Source of the DNA: an uncultured Gemmatimonadales bacterium
GTDB lineage: Bacteria > Gemmatimonadota > Gemmatimonadetes > Gemmatimonadales > GWC2-71-9
Direction of reading: 5' to 3'
Length of the DNA: 64,000 nt
NCBI GenBank assembly: GCA_963739455.1
Contig: CAVUAK010000001.1
Location: forward strand, 1,152,001 to 1,216,000
Shown: positions 21,156 through 30,852 of the stretch, piece after piece
Layout of the letters: every line of letters starts with the position of its first letter
How positions within the stretch are numbered: the first letter of the stretch is position 1
Translations under genes and position numbers: made by a program
Notes under the pieces: model-generated
What the model was told of the DNA's origin: nothing
Databases searched by the model: none
The model's input: the letters and a program-made list of their open reading frames with translations, nothing else

Positions 21156-22100
21156 CTATGCGCTGTTGGCCTGGTCGATCAGCATCCGGGCCACGGCGAT
21201 GATCGTGAGTGGAGCACTTCCCTCCGCGCGGTTGTTCGCAATGACATAGGCCGGGAGCCGCAGGGCCAGCGCCGTGCGCACCAGGGACACGAGATCGGCG
21301 CGAAGCGCCGGTTGCTCGTCCCTGATCCGGTCATAGGGCGAGAAGGCCTCGACGGCATCGGCGTAGAGCCTTCCAGGTCGCAGCAATGCACGACAGATGA
21401 CGAACGGCCCGGTCACCGAGTCGGCCAGCGCGAGTTGCTCGCCGATCGACGGCATCCGCGTCCATGAATTGAAGACGTGCGCCACACCATGCTCGCGCAG
21501 CACCGCGAAGTACGCCGGGGTGAGGTACTCCGGATTCCGGATCTCCACCGCCCACGGCCCGCCCGCTGGCAGCTCCCCGAAGAACCGATCCAGTCGCTCG
21601 GCGAACTCGCTGGCCGACACACCGCCCCGTCCCTGCGACTGGATCGCCTGGAACTCGAAGACGAATGGGCCGGTGTGGCTGGCGAAGTGGGCCAGGTACG
21701 GTTCGTAGACCGACTCCAGGAAGAGCGCTGCATCGAGGAAGTGCGGGTTGACCTCACCCGCCCTCGTCTTGCTCTGCACCTTGGCCCAGGTGTGCACGGT
21801 GATTTCCTGCCACACCTTGCTGACGCAGGGAAAATCGGGCGGGAGACTGGCGGCGTAGCTGTCGAGGACGGCGTCGGTGGGCGGGCCGTAGAAGCTCGAG
21901 TCGATGCCCACGGTGCGAAAGAGCGGAAAGCGGCTGTACTCGGCGAGCATCGGCGCCGCCGTTCCCTTGCTGCCGTAGTCCTGCTGGTAGACGAGTCCCT
22001 TCCAGCCCGGGTAGGTCCAGGATGAGGTGCCGAAACGAATGAGCGGCGGGATGCCGGCGGCGAGGCGTTCGAGTTCCTCGCGCGTCACCGCCAGCGCCAC
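21156..22100 (-). CDS. DUF72 family protein
   Basis: GTSSWTYPGWKG, TVGIDSSFY, KVWQEIT, AVEIRN, YVIANNRAEG.A. Confidence 0.88.
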   Translation of the reverse strand: MALAVTREELERLAAGIPPLIRFGTSSWTYPGWKGLVYQQDYGSKGTAAPMLAEYSRFPLFRTVGIDSSFYGPPTDAVLDSYAASLPPDFPCVSKVWQEITVHTWAKVQSKTRAGEVNPHFLDAALFLESVYEPYLAHFASHTGPFVFEFQAIQSQGRGGVSASEFAERLDRFFGELPAGGPWAVEIRNPEYLTPAYFAVLREHGVAHVFNSWTRMPSIGEQLALADSVTGPFVICRALLRPGRLYADAVEAFSPYDRIRDEQPALRADLVSLVRTALALRLPAYVIANNRAEGSAPLTIIAVARMLIDQANSA

Positions 22101-22106
22101 CCAGGT

Positions 22107-23273
22107 TCAGTTCGCGACGATACGGTAGACGCCCCCCGCGGCGGTGAGCACGTAGAGTTCACCTGCGCCATCCTCCCCGAAGCTGGGCACGCCGCCGCCT
22201 GGGGCGAGGGCGCTCCAGCTTCCCTCGCTCGTGACCTGGCCGCCAGTGTACCGGAAGCTGCGGACCCATCCACCGCAGTAATCGGAATAGAAGTAGGTGC
22301 CGGCGAGGTCGGGAATGGCGCTGCCTCGGTAGACGTACCCGCCGGTGACTGAGCAGCCGTCACTGTGCGTGTAGTCGAGCACCGGAAGCGTGAGCCCAGT
22401 CCTGTCGCAGCTGCTCGCGTTGTAGCACTGGGTTCCTTCCATGATGTTCCAGCCATAGTTCACGCCCTTGCCGCCGCCGGACGCTGCAGTCGCGACGTCG
22501 ATCTCCTCGCGTTCGCCCTGACCCACGTCGCCGATGTAGAGGTCGCCGGTGGATCGGTCGAAGCTGAAGCGCCACGGATTGCGCAGGCCCCAGTTCCACA
22601 ACTCGCTCCTGGTGTCCGCCACCCCGACGAGGGGATTGCTGGCGGGCACCGCGTATCCGGTGGCACCGCTGACGTCGAGGCGCAGGATCGAGCCCAGCAA
22701 GTCGTTCCTGTTCTGCCCATGCCCGTCGGAGTCACCGGCACCGCCCCCGTCACCGATGCCCATGTAGAGATAGCCATCAGGACCGAAGGCGATGTGGCCC
22801 CCATTGTGATTGTCCTGCGGCTGGCCCACCGTGAGCCGGACAACACCACTGGACGCGTCCGCCACGTCGGCAGTGCCGGACACCTGGTAGGACGCGAGGA
22901 CATTGTCACCCGCCGTGTTGGTGTAGCTTACGAAGAAGCGCCCGTTCGCGCCGTACTGCGGGTCGAATGCGAAGCCGAGCAGGCCCTGTTCGCCACCGTT
23001 CGACACGAGCCGGGTGATGTCGAGGAAGGGTGTGGGCAGGACGGTGCCATTCTTCACGACCTTCACCACGCCGCCCTTCTCGACCACGAACAATCGAGTG
23101 TCGCCGGCGGGGGCCGTGGCAAGGATCGGAAAGTTGAAGTTGGTGGCCACGGGCTCCAGGGCGAGGTCGAGCGCACCCGGTGGCGGCGCCTGATTTTCAG
23201 AGGAGGAGCAGGCCGCCACCAGGAGAAGGCCGCTGGTCAGCACTACGCTGAGCGGGCAGGGACGTCGGCGCAT
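22107..23273 (-). CDS. PQQ-dependent glucose/sorbosone (soluble aldose sugar) dehydrogenase-like lipoprotein
   Basis: LVAAC lipobox-like; EQGLLG.AFDP, NHNGG.IAFGPDGYLY.G.GDGG, GLRNPWRFSFD, DVGQ..REE, SFGED. Confidence 0.88.
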   Translation of the reverse strand: MRRRPCPLSVVLTSGLLLVAACSSSENQAPPPGALDLALEPVATNFNFPILATAPAGDTRLFVVEKGGVVKVVKNGTVLPTPFLDITRLVSNGGEQGLLGFAFDPQYGANGRFFVSYTNTAGDNVLASYQVSGTADVADASSGVVRLTVGQPQDNHNGGHIAFGPDGYLYMGIGDGGGAGDSDGHGQNRNDLLGSILRLDVSGATGYAVPASNPLVGVADTRSELWNWGLRNPWRFSFDRSTGDLYIGDVGQGEREEIDVATAASGGGKGVNYGWNIMEGTQCYNASSCDRTGLTLPVLDYTHSDGCSVTGGYVYRGSAIPDLAGTYFYSDYCGGWVRSFRYTGGQVTSEGSWSALAPGGGVPSFGEDGAGELYVLTAAGGVYRIVAN

Positions 23274-23371
23274 TGTGCATGACCTCGTTGAGGGAATTGC
23301 CGTATTCATGGCAGGGCTGCAATCCCTGTACCCCCGGGGACCCATCAACGTATCACGGTGAATTAGTGCAA

Positions 23372-24359
23372 ATGCGCGCAGCCTGGTACAACGGTGCAGG
23401 CGGCACCGAGGTCATCGAAATCCGCGAGGTGCCGCTGCCGACGCCGGGGCCGCACGAGATCCGCGTACGGGTGCACGCCGCGGGACTCAACCGGGCCGAC
23501 CTGCTGCAACGACAAGGGCACTATCCCGCGCCATCAGGGTGGCCGTCACAGATCCCCGGGCTCGAGTACGCCGGCACCGTCGAGCTCCTCGGTCCGGGCT
23601 CATCGCGCTGGCAGACCGGTGATCGCGTGATGGGCCTCGTTGGTGGCGGCGCGCAGGCGGACGCGCTGGTGGTGCGCGAGGATGAGGCGATGCCGATACC
23701 CCGCGCGCTGTCGTACGCGGAAGCGGCGGCGATTCCCGAGGCGTTCCTCACGGCATGGGATGCGCTGGTGCACCGGGCGCGGGTCTCCCGCGGCGATCGC
23801 GTGCTCATCCATGCGGTCGGCAGCGGCGTGGGCACCGCGGCCGTGCAGCTGGCGCGATTCCTCGGCGTCCGCACGGTGGGCACCTCGCGCACGGCAGCGA
23901 AACTGGATCGACTGATGGCGATGGGGCTGGACGAGGCAATCGACACGAGCCTGGGCACATTCGCCACCCAGCTCTCCGCTCCGGTGCATGCGCTGATCGA
24001 CTGCCTGGGCGGTCCCGTGCTCAAGGAGAACCTCGACCGCGCTGCTTCCGCGCGGCCGCCTCGTGCTGATCGGGCACCTGCTGGGCGGTCGCGGCGAGGT
24101 GGACCTCGGCCTGGTGCTGCGACAGCGGCTCGAGATCATCGGGACGGTGATGCGGTCGCGCGGCCAGGCCGAGCGAGCGATCCTGGTCCGGGAGTTCGTG
24201 CAGGAGGTCCTGCCCGCCTTCACCATCTCGCCGACCGGCGCCGGCGCCATGCTTCGACCGGTTGTCGACACGGTACTGCCGATGACGAAGCTTGCCGGCG
24301 CGCACGAGCTCATGCAGGGCAACGAGACGTTCGGGAAGGTGGTGTTGACGTGGACGTGA
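23372..24359 (+). CDS. NAD(P)H-quinone oxidoreductase (MDR family); frameshift near 24045
   Basis: GLNRADLLQRQG.YP, PGLEYAG, AAAIPEAFLTAW, LIHAVGSGVGTAAVQLA, FGKVVL. Confidence 0.9.
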
Positions 24360-24384
24360 GGACGTGAAGACGTGAAGACGTGAG
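24353..24384 (+). repeat. (GACGTGAR)x4 tandem octamer
   Basis: GACGTGAG GACGTGAA GACGTGAA GACGTGAG; the first unit contains the oxidoreductase stop codon. Confidence 0.95.
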
Positions 24385-24404
24385 GAGCGGGAGAGGACAA
24401 GCGT

Positions 24405-25400
24405 CTAGATCAGCAGGGCCATCTGCTCGTCGGTTTCCGCATCGGTTTCATTGATTGCATCGATGTCGCGGGTCATGCCACCTGTTGGAAAACCAAACTC
24501 TACCTGCAACTCCGTGAGGCGCCGGGTCAGCGCCTTCCGGTAGGCCGGCTCGGCGTTGCTCGAGTGGGAGAAGTGCTTCTCGTAGCGCTTCAGGTGTTCC
24601 GGAAACTCGGCCGCGATCTGGGCGAGGAACTTCTTCCTGGCGGTGGGCCCGAGGCGCAGCACGCCGCCGTTGACGCGCCGCGCGTTCGCCTCGCGCGCCG
24701 CGGCGAAGAGCCTTCCCAATCCTTCACGAGAATCGGTCAGCAGCGGGACGATCGGGGCCATGAGCACGCCGGCATCGATACCGGCGGCCGTGAGCTGTGC
24801 CAGCGCGCGAAGCCTGGCGTGCGGCATCGGTGTGCGAGGCTCGAGCCGCCGAAGCAGCGCGCCGTCGCAGGTGGCGAGCGAGATGTGGACCTTGAGCCGG
24901 TGCTTCGCCGAGATCTCGCGCAGCAGCGGGATGTCGCGGGTGATGAGCGGCGACTTGGTGATGATGCCGAGATGGAGCCGGTTGAAGGGCAGCAGCGCTT
25001 CGAGCACGCTGCGGGTGATGGCGAAGCGTCGCTCCGCCGGCTGGTATGGATCGGTAGCGGTGCCGATGACGATGGCCGCGTCGCCGACCCGCGCCGGTTC
25101 GAGCGTGCGCGTGAGCATCGCCGCAAGGTTGCGCTTGACCAGGATATGGCGCTCGAAGGCGTCGACGGCCGGCTTCGACAGCAGCGCAGCATCGTGCTCG
25201 GCGACCAGGCCGCCGCTCGCCGCGTGGCGCTCGACGGTGTAGCGATGCGTGTCACGCGCGTAGCAGTAGCTGCACCCGAACTCACACCCGATGTACGGAT
25301 TGATGGACCAGAATCCCATGTGCGTTGCCGCCGCGCTGTTGAGCGCGGAGCGCACGGACAGCTCACGGAACTCGGTGCCGCGCTCGCGGGTATCGAGCAC
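24405..25400 (-). CDS. SplB-like (Rv2578c-type) radical SAM protein, probably DNA repair
   Basis: SINPYIGCEFGCSYCYAR, IGTATDPYQPAE, TKSPLITRD, LEPRTP, GVLMAPIVP; C-terminal QMALL resembles a clamp-binding motif. Confidence 0.88.
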   Translation of the reverse strand: MLDTRERGTEFRELSVRSALNSAAATHMGFWSINPYIGCEFGCSYCYARDTHRYTVERHAASGGLVAEHDAALLSKPAVDAFERHILVKRNLAAMLTRTLEPARVGDAAIVIGTATDPYQPAERRFAITRSVLEALLPFNRLHLGIITKSPLITRDIPLLREISAKHRLKVHISLATCDGALLRRLEPRTPMPHARLRALAQLTAAGIDAGVLMAPIVPLLTDSREGLGRLFAAAREANARRVNGGVLRLGPTARKKFLAQIAAEFPEHLKRYEKHFSHSSNAEPAYRKALTRRLTELQVEFGFPTGGMTRDIDAINETDAETDEQMALLI

Positions 25401-25450
25401 CGGCAGGCCTCTCGGGCTGGCGCTCCCTGCGAGGTGACCGAGCTCGATTT

Positions 25451-25480
25451 GCCGTTGCAGTCCGGGGTCGGACTGACGGC
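25451..25480. other. Intercistronic stem-loop
   Basis: GCCGT-tg-CAGTCCG-gggt-CGGACTG-ACGGC. Confidence 0.55.
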
Positions 25481-25487
25481 CGCGAGG

Positions 25488-25640
25488 CTAGCCGCATCGG
25501 CCCCACCCACACTGACGACAGCTGACGCACCCTGACGCGCGGGCCAGGGGGCCAGCGCACTCGGGACAAACGCGTATCTCGCTGCTGCTTAAGTTCTTAG
25601 GTACTGAAATCTTGGTGGCGTGATTGGCAGGGAAAGGCAT
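25488..25640 (-). CDS. 50-aa zinc-ribbon protein (below the ORF-track length cutoff)
   Basis: Manual translation: MPFPANHATKISVPKNLSSSEIRVCPECAGPLARASGCVSCRQCGWGRCG*. GGAG lies 6 nt upstream of the ATG. Confidence 0.7.
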   Translation of the reverse strand: MPFPANHATKISVPKNLSSSEIRVCPECAGPLARASGCVSCRQCGWGRCG

Positions 25641-25654
25641 GGCTCGCTCCGGGT

Positions 25655-25702
25655 TCGAATCTTCGTACCCGAAGAAATACCGAACTACATTTTGTTCGTC
25701 AA
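25655..25702 (-). promoter_or_regulatory. Candidate promoter with overlapping CGAAC-N8-GTTCG inverted repeat
   Basis: Minus strand TTGACG-N17-TATTTC overlapped by CGAAC-aaaatgta-GTTCG, with further TTCG/CGAA half-sites downstream. Confidence 0.4.
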
Positions 25703-26262
25703 GTCGCCGTTACTGCCGCGGATTCCGAGCGCTGCTCAGCGAGGTCCTTCAGCCGGTTCACGCGGCCCACGATATCCACCAGCACACTCCCGGTCCATCC
25801 AAATGTGAAGAGCCCGGAGATCGCCATGATCGGGGCCAGCATCTTCCAGGGCGGTGAAAGAATGACCGAGCCGTAACCGAGCGTCGTGTAGGTGTTGGCC
25901 GCGAAAAACCCCGCCTCACGCCAGTCAGTGACGAGATGCGAGCGGACCAGCACCGTGGTCCAGATCCCGGTCTCCACCAGATGGGCCAGAAGCATGGCGA
26001 GGATGATGCTCGCCAGGAGCAGGTCGGCCCGCCACTGGGTGGGCTTGAGCGCCAGCACCTTCGAGCGGCGAATTACATGTGTGGTGATCATGCGCATGGC
26101 GGCACCGTGCACGAGCGCGATGCCAACGAGCATGGTGCCGCCCAGAATGAGGTCACCGGCCGGCAGGGCCTGGAGGACGGGGAGCACACGGGTGACGTCA
26201 TCAACGCCCCTGGCAGCGTCGGTGGCGATCTGACTGGATTGGAAGCCGAGCATGAGGTGCAC
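25699..26262 (-). CDS. Small ion-channel (pore-loop, K+ channel-like) membrane protein
   Basis: FFAANTYTTLGYG pore signature between hydrophobic helices; GLFTFGWT. Confidence 0.75.
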   Translation of the reverse strand: MHLMLGFQSSQIATDAARGVDDVTRVLPVLQALPAGDLILGGTMLVGIALVHGAAMRMITTHVIRRSKVLALKPTQWRADLLLASIILAMLLAHLVETGIWTTVLVRSHLVTDWREAGFFAANTYTTLGYGSVILSPPWKMLAPIMAISGLFTFGWTGSVLVDIVGRVNRLKDLAEQRSESAAVTAT

Positions 26263-26686
26263 CTAGTGCTCCCGGGTTGAGGGTCGTGCGCGGCGTCGCT
26301 CCTCCGGCGCCGCGAAATCATCGGGCTCCACCGGATGGATGAGCAGGTCGAAGGCGAGAAAGATGGTATGCGACATCTGGTAGAACCCGACCGATGTGCC
26401 CGACCAGAACCACGACGGTGCTCACCTGCAGGAAGCGCCAGGGAACGTCTGGCCAGCTCCACATCATGACGCCAAGCAACCACGCGCAGGCCACGACTTC
26501 GATGGCGACTAGCCCCACGAAGTAGGCGCCGAGCCAGTAGCCGCGTTCACCGCGCTCGAGGGTGAGGCCGCAGCTGGGACAGGCGGGGAGCAGGCGGGCA
26601 AAGCCCACGAAGAGCGGCCTGCCCCCGCAATGTGGACAACGAAGCCTGACAGCCCGCCAGAAGAGTATCCGTGCGCGGGGCTTCAC
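26263..26686 (-). CDS. DUF983-like membrane protein; frameshifted
   Basis: RCPHCGGRPLF...CPSCGL.LER.ERGYWLGA followed by two TM segments; C-terminus FDLLIHP lies in another frame. Confidence 0.7.
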
Positions 26687-27470
26687 TCGAGCGATTCCAT
26701 CCAGCTCGAGAGATCGGCCAGCCGCTCCTCATACCCCAGGTCCGCGATAGAGCGCGTGCCACGCATCGTACTCGAGCAGCCGAACGCGCGCCGCTGCCGG
26801 ACCGCTGGCGAAGCGGCGGCTGCCGTCGATGGAGACCATGCGATCGCCCGACACCATGCTGGATCAGCGCCGGTCCTGCAAGCGTCGCCGCGCGCGCGTG
26901 CACCGATGCAATGGTGGCGAAGACCTCGGTGGCGAGGCGCGCTGACGCACTTCGGTGAAAGAGCGGGTCATCGAGCACTGCGCGAATGACTGCCGGGTCC
27001 CGCGCCAGACCGGAGAGATCGAGGCCGGTCTCGAGCGTAAAGGTGGGCCAGGTGCGCGACAGCAGCCGCGCGAGCCAGAGCAGCGGCGCCGGCGTGCCGA
27101 TCGATCCGAGCACCGGTGCCGCCGCTGCAACGCCGCGAATCGTCGAGGGGTGCTCGAGGGCGTAGTCGAGCACCATGAGCCCGCCCAGGCTGTGGCCCAG
27201 GAGGACGGGCGCCGTGCCTTCGCGCTCCCGCACGAACTCCACGAAGTGATGGAGATCGTCGCGGTACTCCCTCCATCCATCGATGTGTCCGCGGCGTCCT
27301 GGCGACCGGCCGTTGCCCCGGGTGTCGAGCGCATAGACCGCCACGCCCCGCGGCGGGAACCACTCCGCGATGCTGGGATACATGGCGCTGTGGTCGCCGA
27401 GCCCGTGCACATTGATCAGTACGGCGCGGGGATGGTCCGGTCGCCAGTGCTGCCAGAACAGTTCCTTCAC
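26683..27470 (-). CDS. Lysophospholipase/monoacylglycerol lipase (alpha/beta hydrolase); frameshifted
   Basis: VHGLGDHS, DTRGNGRSPGRRG, GHSLGG, DDPL. Confidence 0.85.
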
Positions 27471-27980
27471 CGCTGCACCAGCATCACCCGGTCCTCGGCG
27501 AGCCACCCATCCGGATCGGCGGCGAGGTCGGCGATGCGTCGGGGCGTGACGGCCGTTGCCGGAAGCAGTGGCGGTTCATCGTGCGCGCTGAAGCCCAGGA
27601 GCCAGGCACTGTCGCCGGCGTTGCGGGCATGCTCCCTGACGAGGCGCACGAGCGCGTCGGGCTCGGCAGCGCGTCAGTACCGCCGCGCTCCGGCGATGGC
27701 GCTCGAGTGCTCGTATCACCTGCGCGCGTGGCACTCGACGCTCGCGGTAGCGCTCACGCAGGTGGGCCTCGTCGGTGTGGGCGGCGCGGAAGCGGGGTCG
27801 CAGCAGGCCGCAGGCACAGTGCCCCGCGCGGAGAATGACGGCAGTCTGGGCTCCGGGGAGCAGCGCGCGATAGGGCGCCTGCATGGCGGGACCCATGGCG
27901 TCGGCGTGGGTGCCCACGGGGAGCATGGAGCGGACTTCGCTGAGGGTCAGGGTACTGACGAGCACCAGCTGGTAGCACAT
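27467..27980 (-). CDS. Hypothetical protein; frameshifted
   Basis: MCYQLVLVSTLTLSEVRSMLP...GHCACGL; overlaps the next gene by GTGA. Confidence 0.5.
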
Positions 27981-27989
27981 CGGCGTGTT

Positions 27990-28377
27990 TCAGCTTCGGC
28001 GAGGGGAATCCTGGCGTTCGCTCCGTCCCTTGAGGATGAGCTTGGCGGCCTCTGCAGCGGGGCCGCCGCGCCTGACGATGGAGGCGAGTGTCTCGTCATC
28101 CTTGCTGCCGAGCTCCGCGGCAAGGAGGACGATCATGCTGCGTCGGGAGGAGATTTCCTGGTCGGTGAGGGCGCGGTTGTGGGCCCGCAACCCGAAGAAG
28201 AACGCCACGACGGTGGCGGCCACACCGAGGCTCAGTCCGAGGAGGCCGGCAAGGCGGGGAACGTGGCCTCGCACACCGGCGATGCCCACGGCGTACCCGG
28301 CAACGGCGACGCCCGCCAGCGACCCACATGGCACTGCGGTATTCCCGTGCGGCATCACTCAGCGCGTGGCGTCGCAT
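27990..28377 (-). CDS. Hypothetical membrane protein; start uncertain
   Basis: Two hydrophobic segments in ORF 27990..28358. Confidence 0.45.
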
Positions 28378-28396
28378 GAAAGGGAGCCCCCCGGCA

Positions 28397-28762
28397 TCAG
28401 ATCGGGGGATCCTCCCGCACGATGACCAGCAGCGCCGCCTGCGGAACCACCAGGTACTTCTTTTCCTCGAACGTGATCTCCACCGCTGCCTTGCGGAAGA
28501 AAATGGCGTGATCCCCGACTCGCGCCTGCATGGTGGACTTCCGCCGCTCGCTGCGCGTCTTCCACGGCTCGTCGTCCGGGGCGATGAGGTCGGCCACCGC
28601 ATCGCCGGGTCCCGTGGCCACGATGAGGCCGCTCTGCACCTGCTGTGCATCGAGGGCGGAGGCGGGGAGGTAGAGTCCCACGCGGGTGCGCTCGTCGCCC
28701 TCCTCGGGCGTGATGAGCACCCGGTCGCCGACGAGGATGAGCTGCTTGCGGGGGAAGTCCAT
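28397..28762 (-). CDS. Stand-alone GroES-like co-chaperonin
   Basis: VGDRVLI.P.EG.ERT..GLYLP, G.IVATGPG, VGDHAIF, EITFEEKKYLVV. Confidence 0.8.
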   Translation of the reverse strand: MDFPRKQLILVGDRVLITPEEGDERTRVGLYLPASALDAQQVQSGLIVATGPGDAVADLIAPDDEPWKTRSERRKSTMQARVGDHAIFFRKAAVEITFEEKKYLVVPQAALLVIVREDPPI

Positions 28763-28763
28763 G

Positions 28764-29243
28764 TCAGGCCTTCGCACCTGCGTCGTGAACGGTGATGAGC
28801 TCGAGTACCACGAGCCGACGCGTGATGGTCGGCAGGCGGAGTTGCACCTCGTCACCCACCTTCCGGTCGGCCAGCGCGCGCCCGAGCGGAGAGGCGAGTG
28901 AGATGTGCCCGGCATCGATGTCCATCAGCTCGGCGAGCACCACCATGAACTCCTCGACCTCGTTGGTGCCGAGGTCGCGCACCTTCACCTTGGATCCGAG
29001 GCCGACGCGATCGGTTGGCGCCTCGTGGTTGGCGAGCTGGGTAACCTGCTGCATCCGCGTGTGCAGCTGTCCGAGCCGGGCCTGAACGAACTGCTGGCGC
29101 TCGAGCGCGGCCTTGTACTCCGAGTTCTCGCGGAGGTCGCCCATCTCGACGGCGGTCGCGATGGCCTGCGGCAGGGTCACGTTCAATTCGTAGCTGAGCT
29201 GGTCGATCTCCCGGCTCAGCTTCTCCTTCATTTCTTGTAGCAT
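28764..29243 (-). CDS. greA: Transcription elongation factor GreA
   Basis: GDLRENSEYKAA, VGLGSKV, ISLASPLGRAL. Confidence 0.92.
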   Translation of the reverse strand: MLQEMKEKLSREIDQLSYELNVTLPQAIATAVEMGDLRENSEYKAALERQQFVQARLGQLHTRMQQVTQLANHEAPTDRVGLGSKVKVRDLGTNEVEEFMVVLAELMDIDAGHISLASPLGRALADRKVGDEVQLRLPTITRRLVVLELITVHDAGAKA

Positions 29244-29316
29244 CGGCTGGTCCGGCTCACCGTGATGAGAATCGACCAGGGCACGGCGAGGTGCCGGCCC
29301 CGGGCATGAACTGCAC

Positions 29317-29345
29317 GGTCCGGGGTGAATGCCTCACCCCGGACC
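29317..29345. other. Perfect 12-bp stem-loop in the greA upstream region
   Basis: GGTCCGGGGTGA-atgcc-TCACCCCGGACC. Confidence 0.6.
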
Positions 29346-29474
29346 CGTCGGCTAGCTTGAAGTTACTCGAAAGATACACCAATGGCTGGGGACCGCGAGA
29401 TCATGGACAGGGAAGCCAGACGGGGAGCAATCACTTTGCGTAAATCATTGTGCACTAATGGCTTAGACGTCCTT

Positions 29475-30144
29475 GTGCCGCGCCTGCCACTGCTGGGCTG
29501 GCTCCTGATGGTGGCAGCATGCAGCCCCACCCAGCCGCCCGCCCAGATCAACGCCCCGCCGGTGCCGATCGCCAGCGCTGCTGCCGCGGAGTCGCTCCTG
29601 GTGGATGTCCGCACGCTGGATTCGACAATCACCGTGAGCCTGCGGTATCTCACGCCGGACAACTTCACCGGCGCACCACTGCCAGGGTACGAGGCGAACC
29701 GGGCCTTCCTGCGCCGCGAGGCGGCGACTGCGCTGGCCAGGGTGCAGCAGCAGCTTCGCACCGAGGGGCTCGGCCTGCTTATCTGGGATGCGTACCGCCC
29801 GGTGAGTGGAACCGAGGGCATGGTCGCGTGGGCAGAACGGACGGGGAACATGAAATACTTCGAGCAGGGGTATATCGCCCGACGGAGCCGGCACAACATG
29901 GGGGTGGCCGTCGACCTTACGCTCGTGCGCCTCGACACGGGAAAGCCGCTCGACATGGGAACACCGTTCGACACCTTTTCGGATGCCGCGCACACAGCCA
30001 ATGCGACCGGAGCCGCCGCCGTAAACCGCCAGCACCTCGTGACTGCCATGGAAGGACAGGGATTCCTGAACTACGACCAGGAGTGGTGGCACTTCTCCTA
30101 CGACGTGCTCGTATCCCGTGCCGTTTGACGTGCCGGTGAAGTGA
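29475..30144 (+). CDS. D-Ala-D-Ala dipeptidase (M15D, VanX/DdpX-like) lipoprotein; likely frameshift near the end
   Basis: RY.TPDNFTG, WDAYRP, SRHNMGVAVDLTL, MGTPFD.F, EWWHF; PFDVPVK* lies in another frame. Confidence 0.9.
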
Positions 30145-30156
30145 AGTGTCTCCCGG

Positions 30157-30636
30157 CTACCGCTTTTTCCAGGCCTCCAGGTTCCTCAGGATCTGTCGTT
30201 CGTGCTGGTGCAGGTGCTCAGCGTAGATCTCCATCCACTGTTCCACTCCGTAGGACCCGGACTCGGTATGGGTGCCGCGCCGGGCCCATTGCTCCGGTGT
30301 GAGCCGGCGCAGTAGCGGGACGGTATTGGCGCGCACAGCTCGCGTTGCGACCAGGGCCGGCATGATGGGATGCGCGTCGTAGTCCAACTGGTCCACCCAG
30401 CGGTCCTGATCATAGCCGACGATGGTCGGCGAGTCCTCGCCCAGCAGGTAGCGCAGCCGCATGTGCGAGTTGGTCTCGCTGTCCCCGCAGTGAACGATGA
30501 CCTGGTGGACCGACCACTTACCGGGCCCGGGGACCCATTTGCGCGCCTCTTCCGGCACCAGGTTGAGCGCGGCCTCGAGGCGGTCGGGTCCTTCAGCGTA
30601 CCGGGCGATCAGTCGTTCCTGCTCAGCAGTGGGCAT
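30157..30636 (-). CDS. DinB/YfiT-like protein
   Basis: PGKWSVHQVIVH..DSE, YDQDRW, G.H.ESG, H...H.RQI. Confidence 0.85.
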   Translation of the reverse strand: MPTAEQERLIARYAEGPDRLEAALNLVPEEARKWVPGPGKWSVHQVIVHCGDSETNSHMRLRYLLGEDSPTIVGYDQDRWVDQLDYDAHPIMPALVATRAVRANTVPLLRRLTPEQWARRGTHTESGSYGVEQWMEIYAEHLHQHERQILRNLEAWKKR

Positions 30637-30764
30637 CGGGTGACCCCCCTTCGGATTCAATGATAGGCGCCGCCTATCGGTCAATCGGCCAAGTTGTTGT
30701 GTGACCGTGTCTTCGGTGCTTTACAGTGTCGCCTGGATCGGCATTCCGACAACCATATTCATGA

Positions 30765-30793
30765 TTGACTGGGCCAGTGCTGACGGCTAACAT
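30765..30793 (+). promoter_or_regulatory. Sigma70-type promoter of the oxidase operon
   Basis: TTGACT-N17-TAACAT. Confidence 0.6.
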
Positions 30794-30852
30794 CTAGCCT
30801 CTTGTCGCTTTGGACTTGCGGCATGCTCCTCCCCGCACCGGGAAGACCCAGG

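Noticed and set aside
22107..23273. PQQ dehydrogenase as the methanol dehydrogenase feeding the H4MPT pathway
   Set aside because: Size and motifs fit the six-bladed glucose/sorbosone family, not XoxF/MxaF.
24353..24384. GACGTGAR arrays as a CRISPR array
   Set aside because: Units are 8 bp with no spacers, and no cas genes are present.
29475..30144. VanX-like gene as part of a vancomycin resistance cluster
   Set aside because: No vanH/vanA/vanRS nearby; the lipoprotein form fits a housekeeping dipeptidase.
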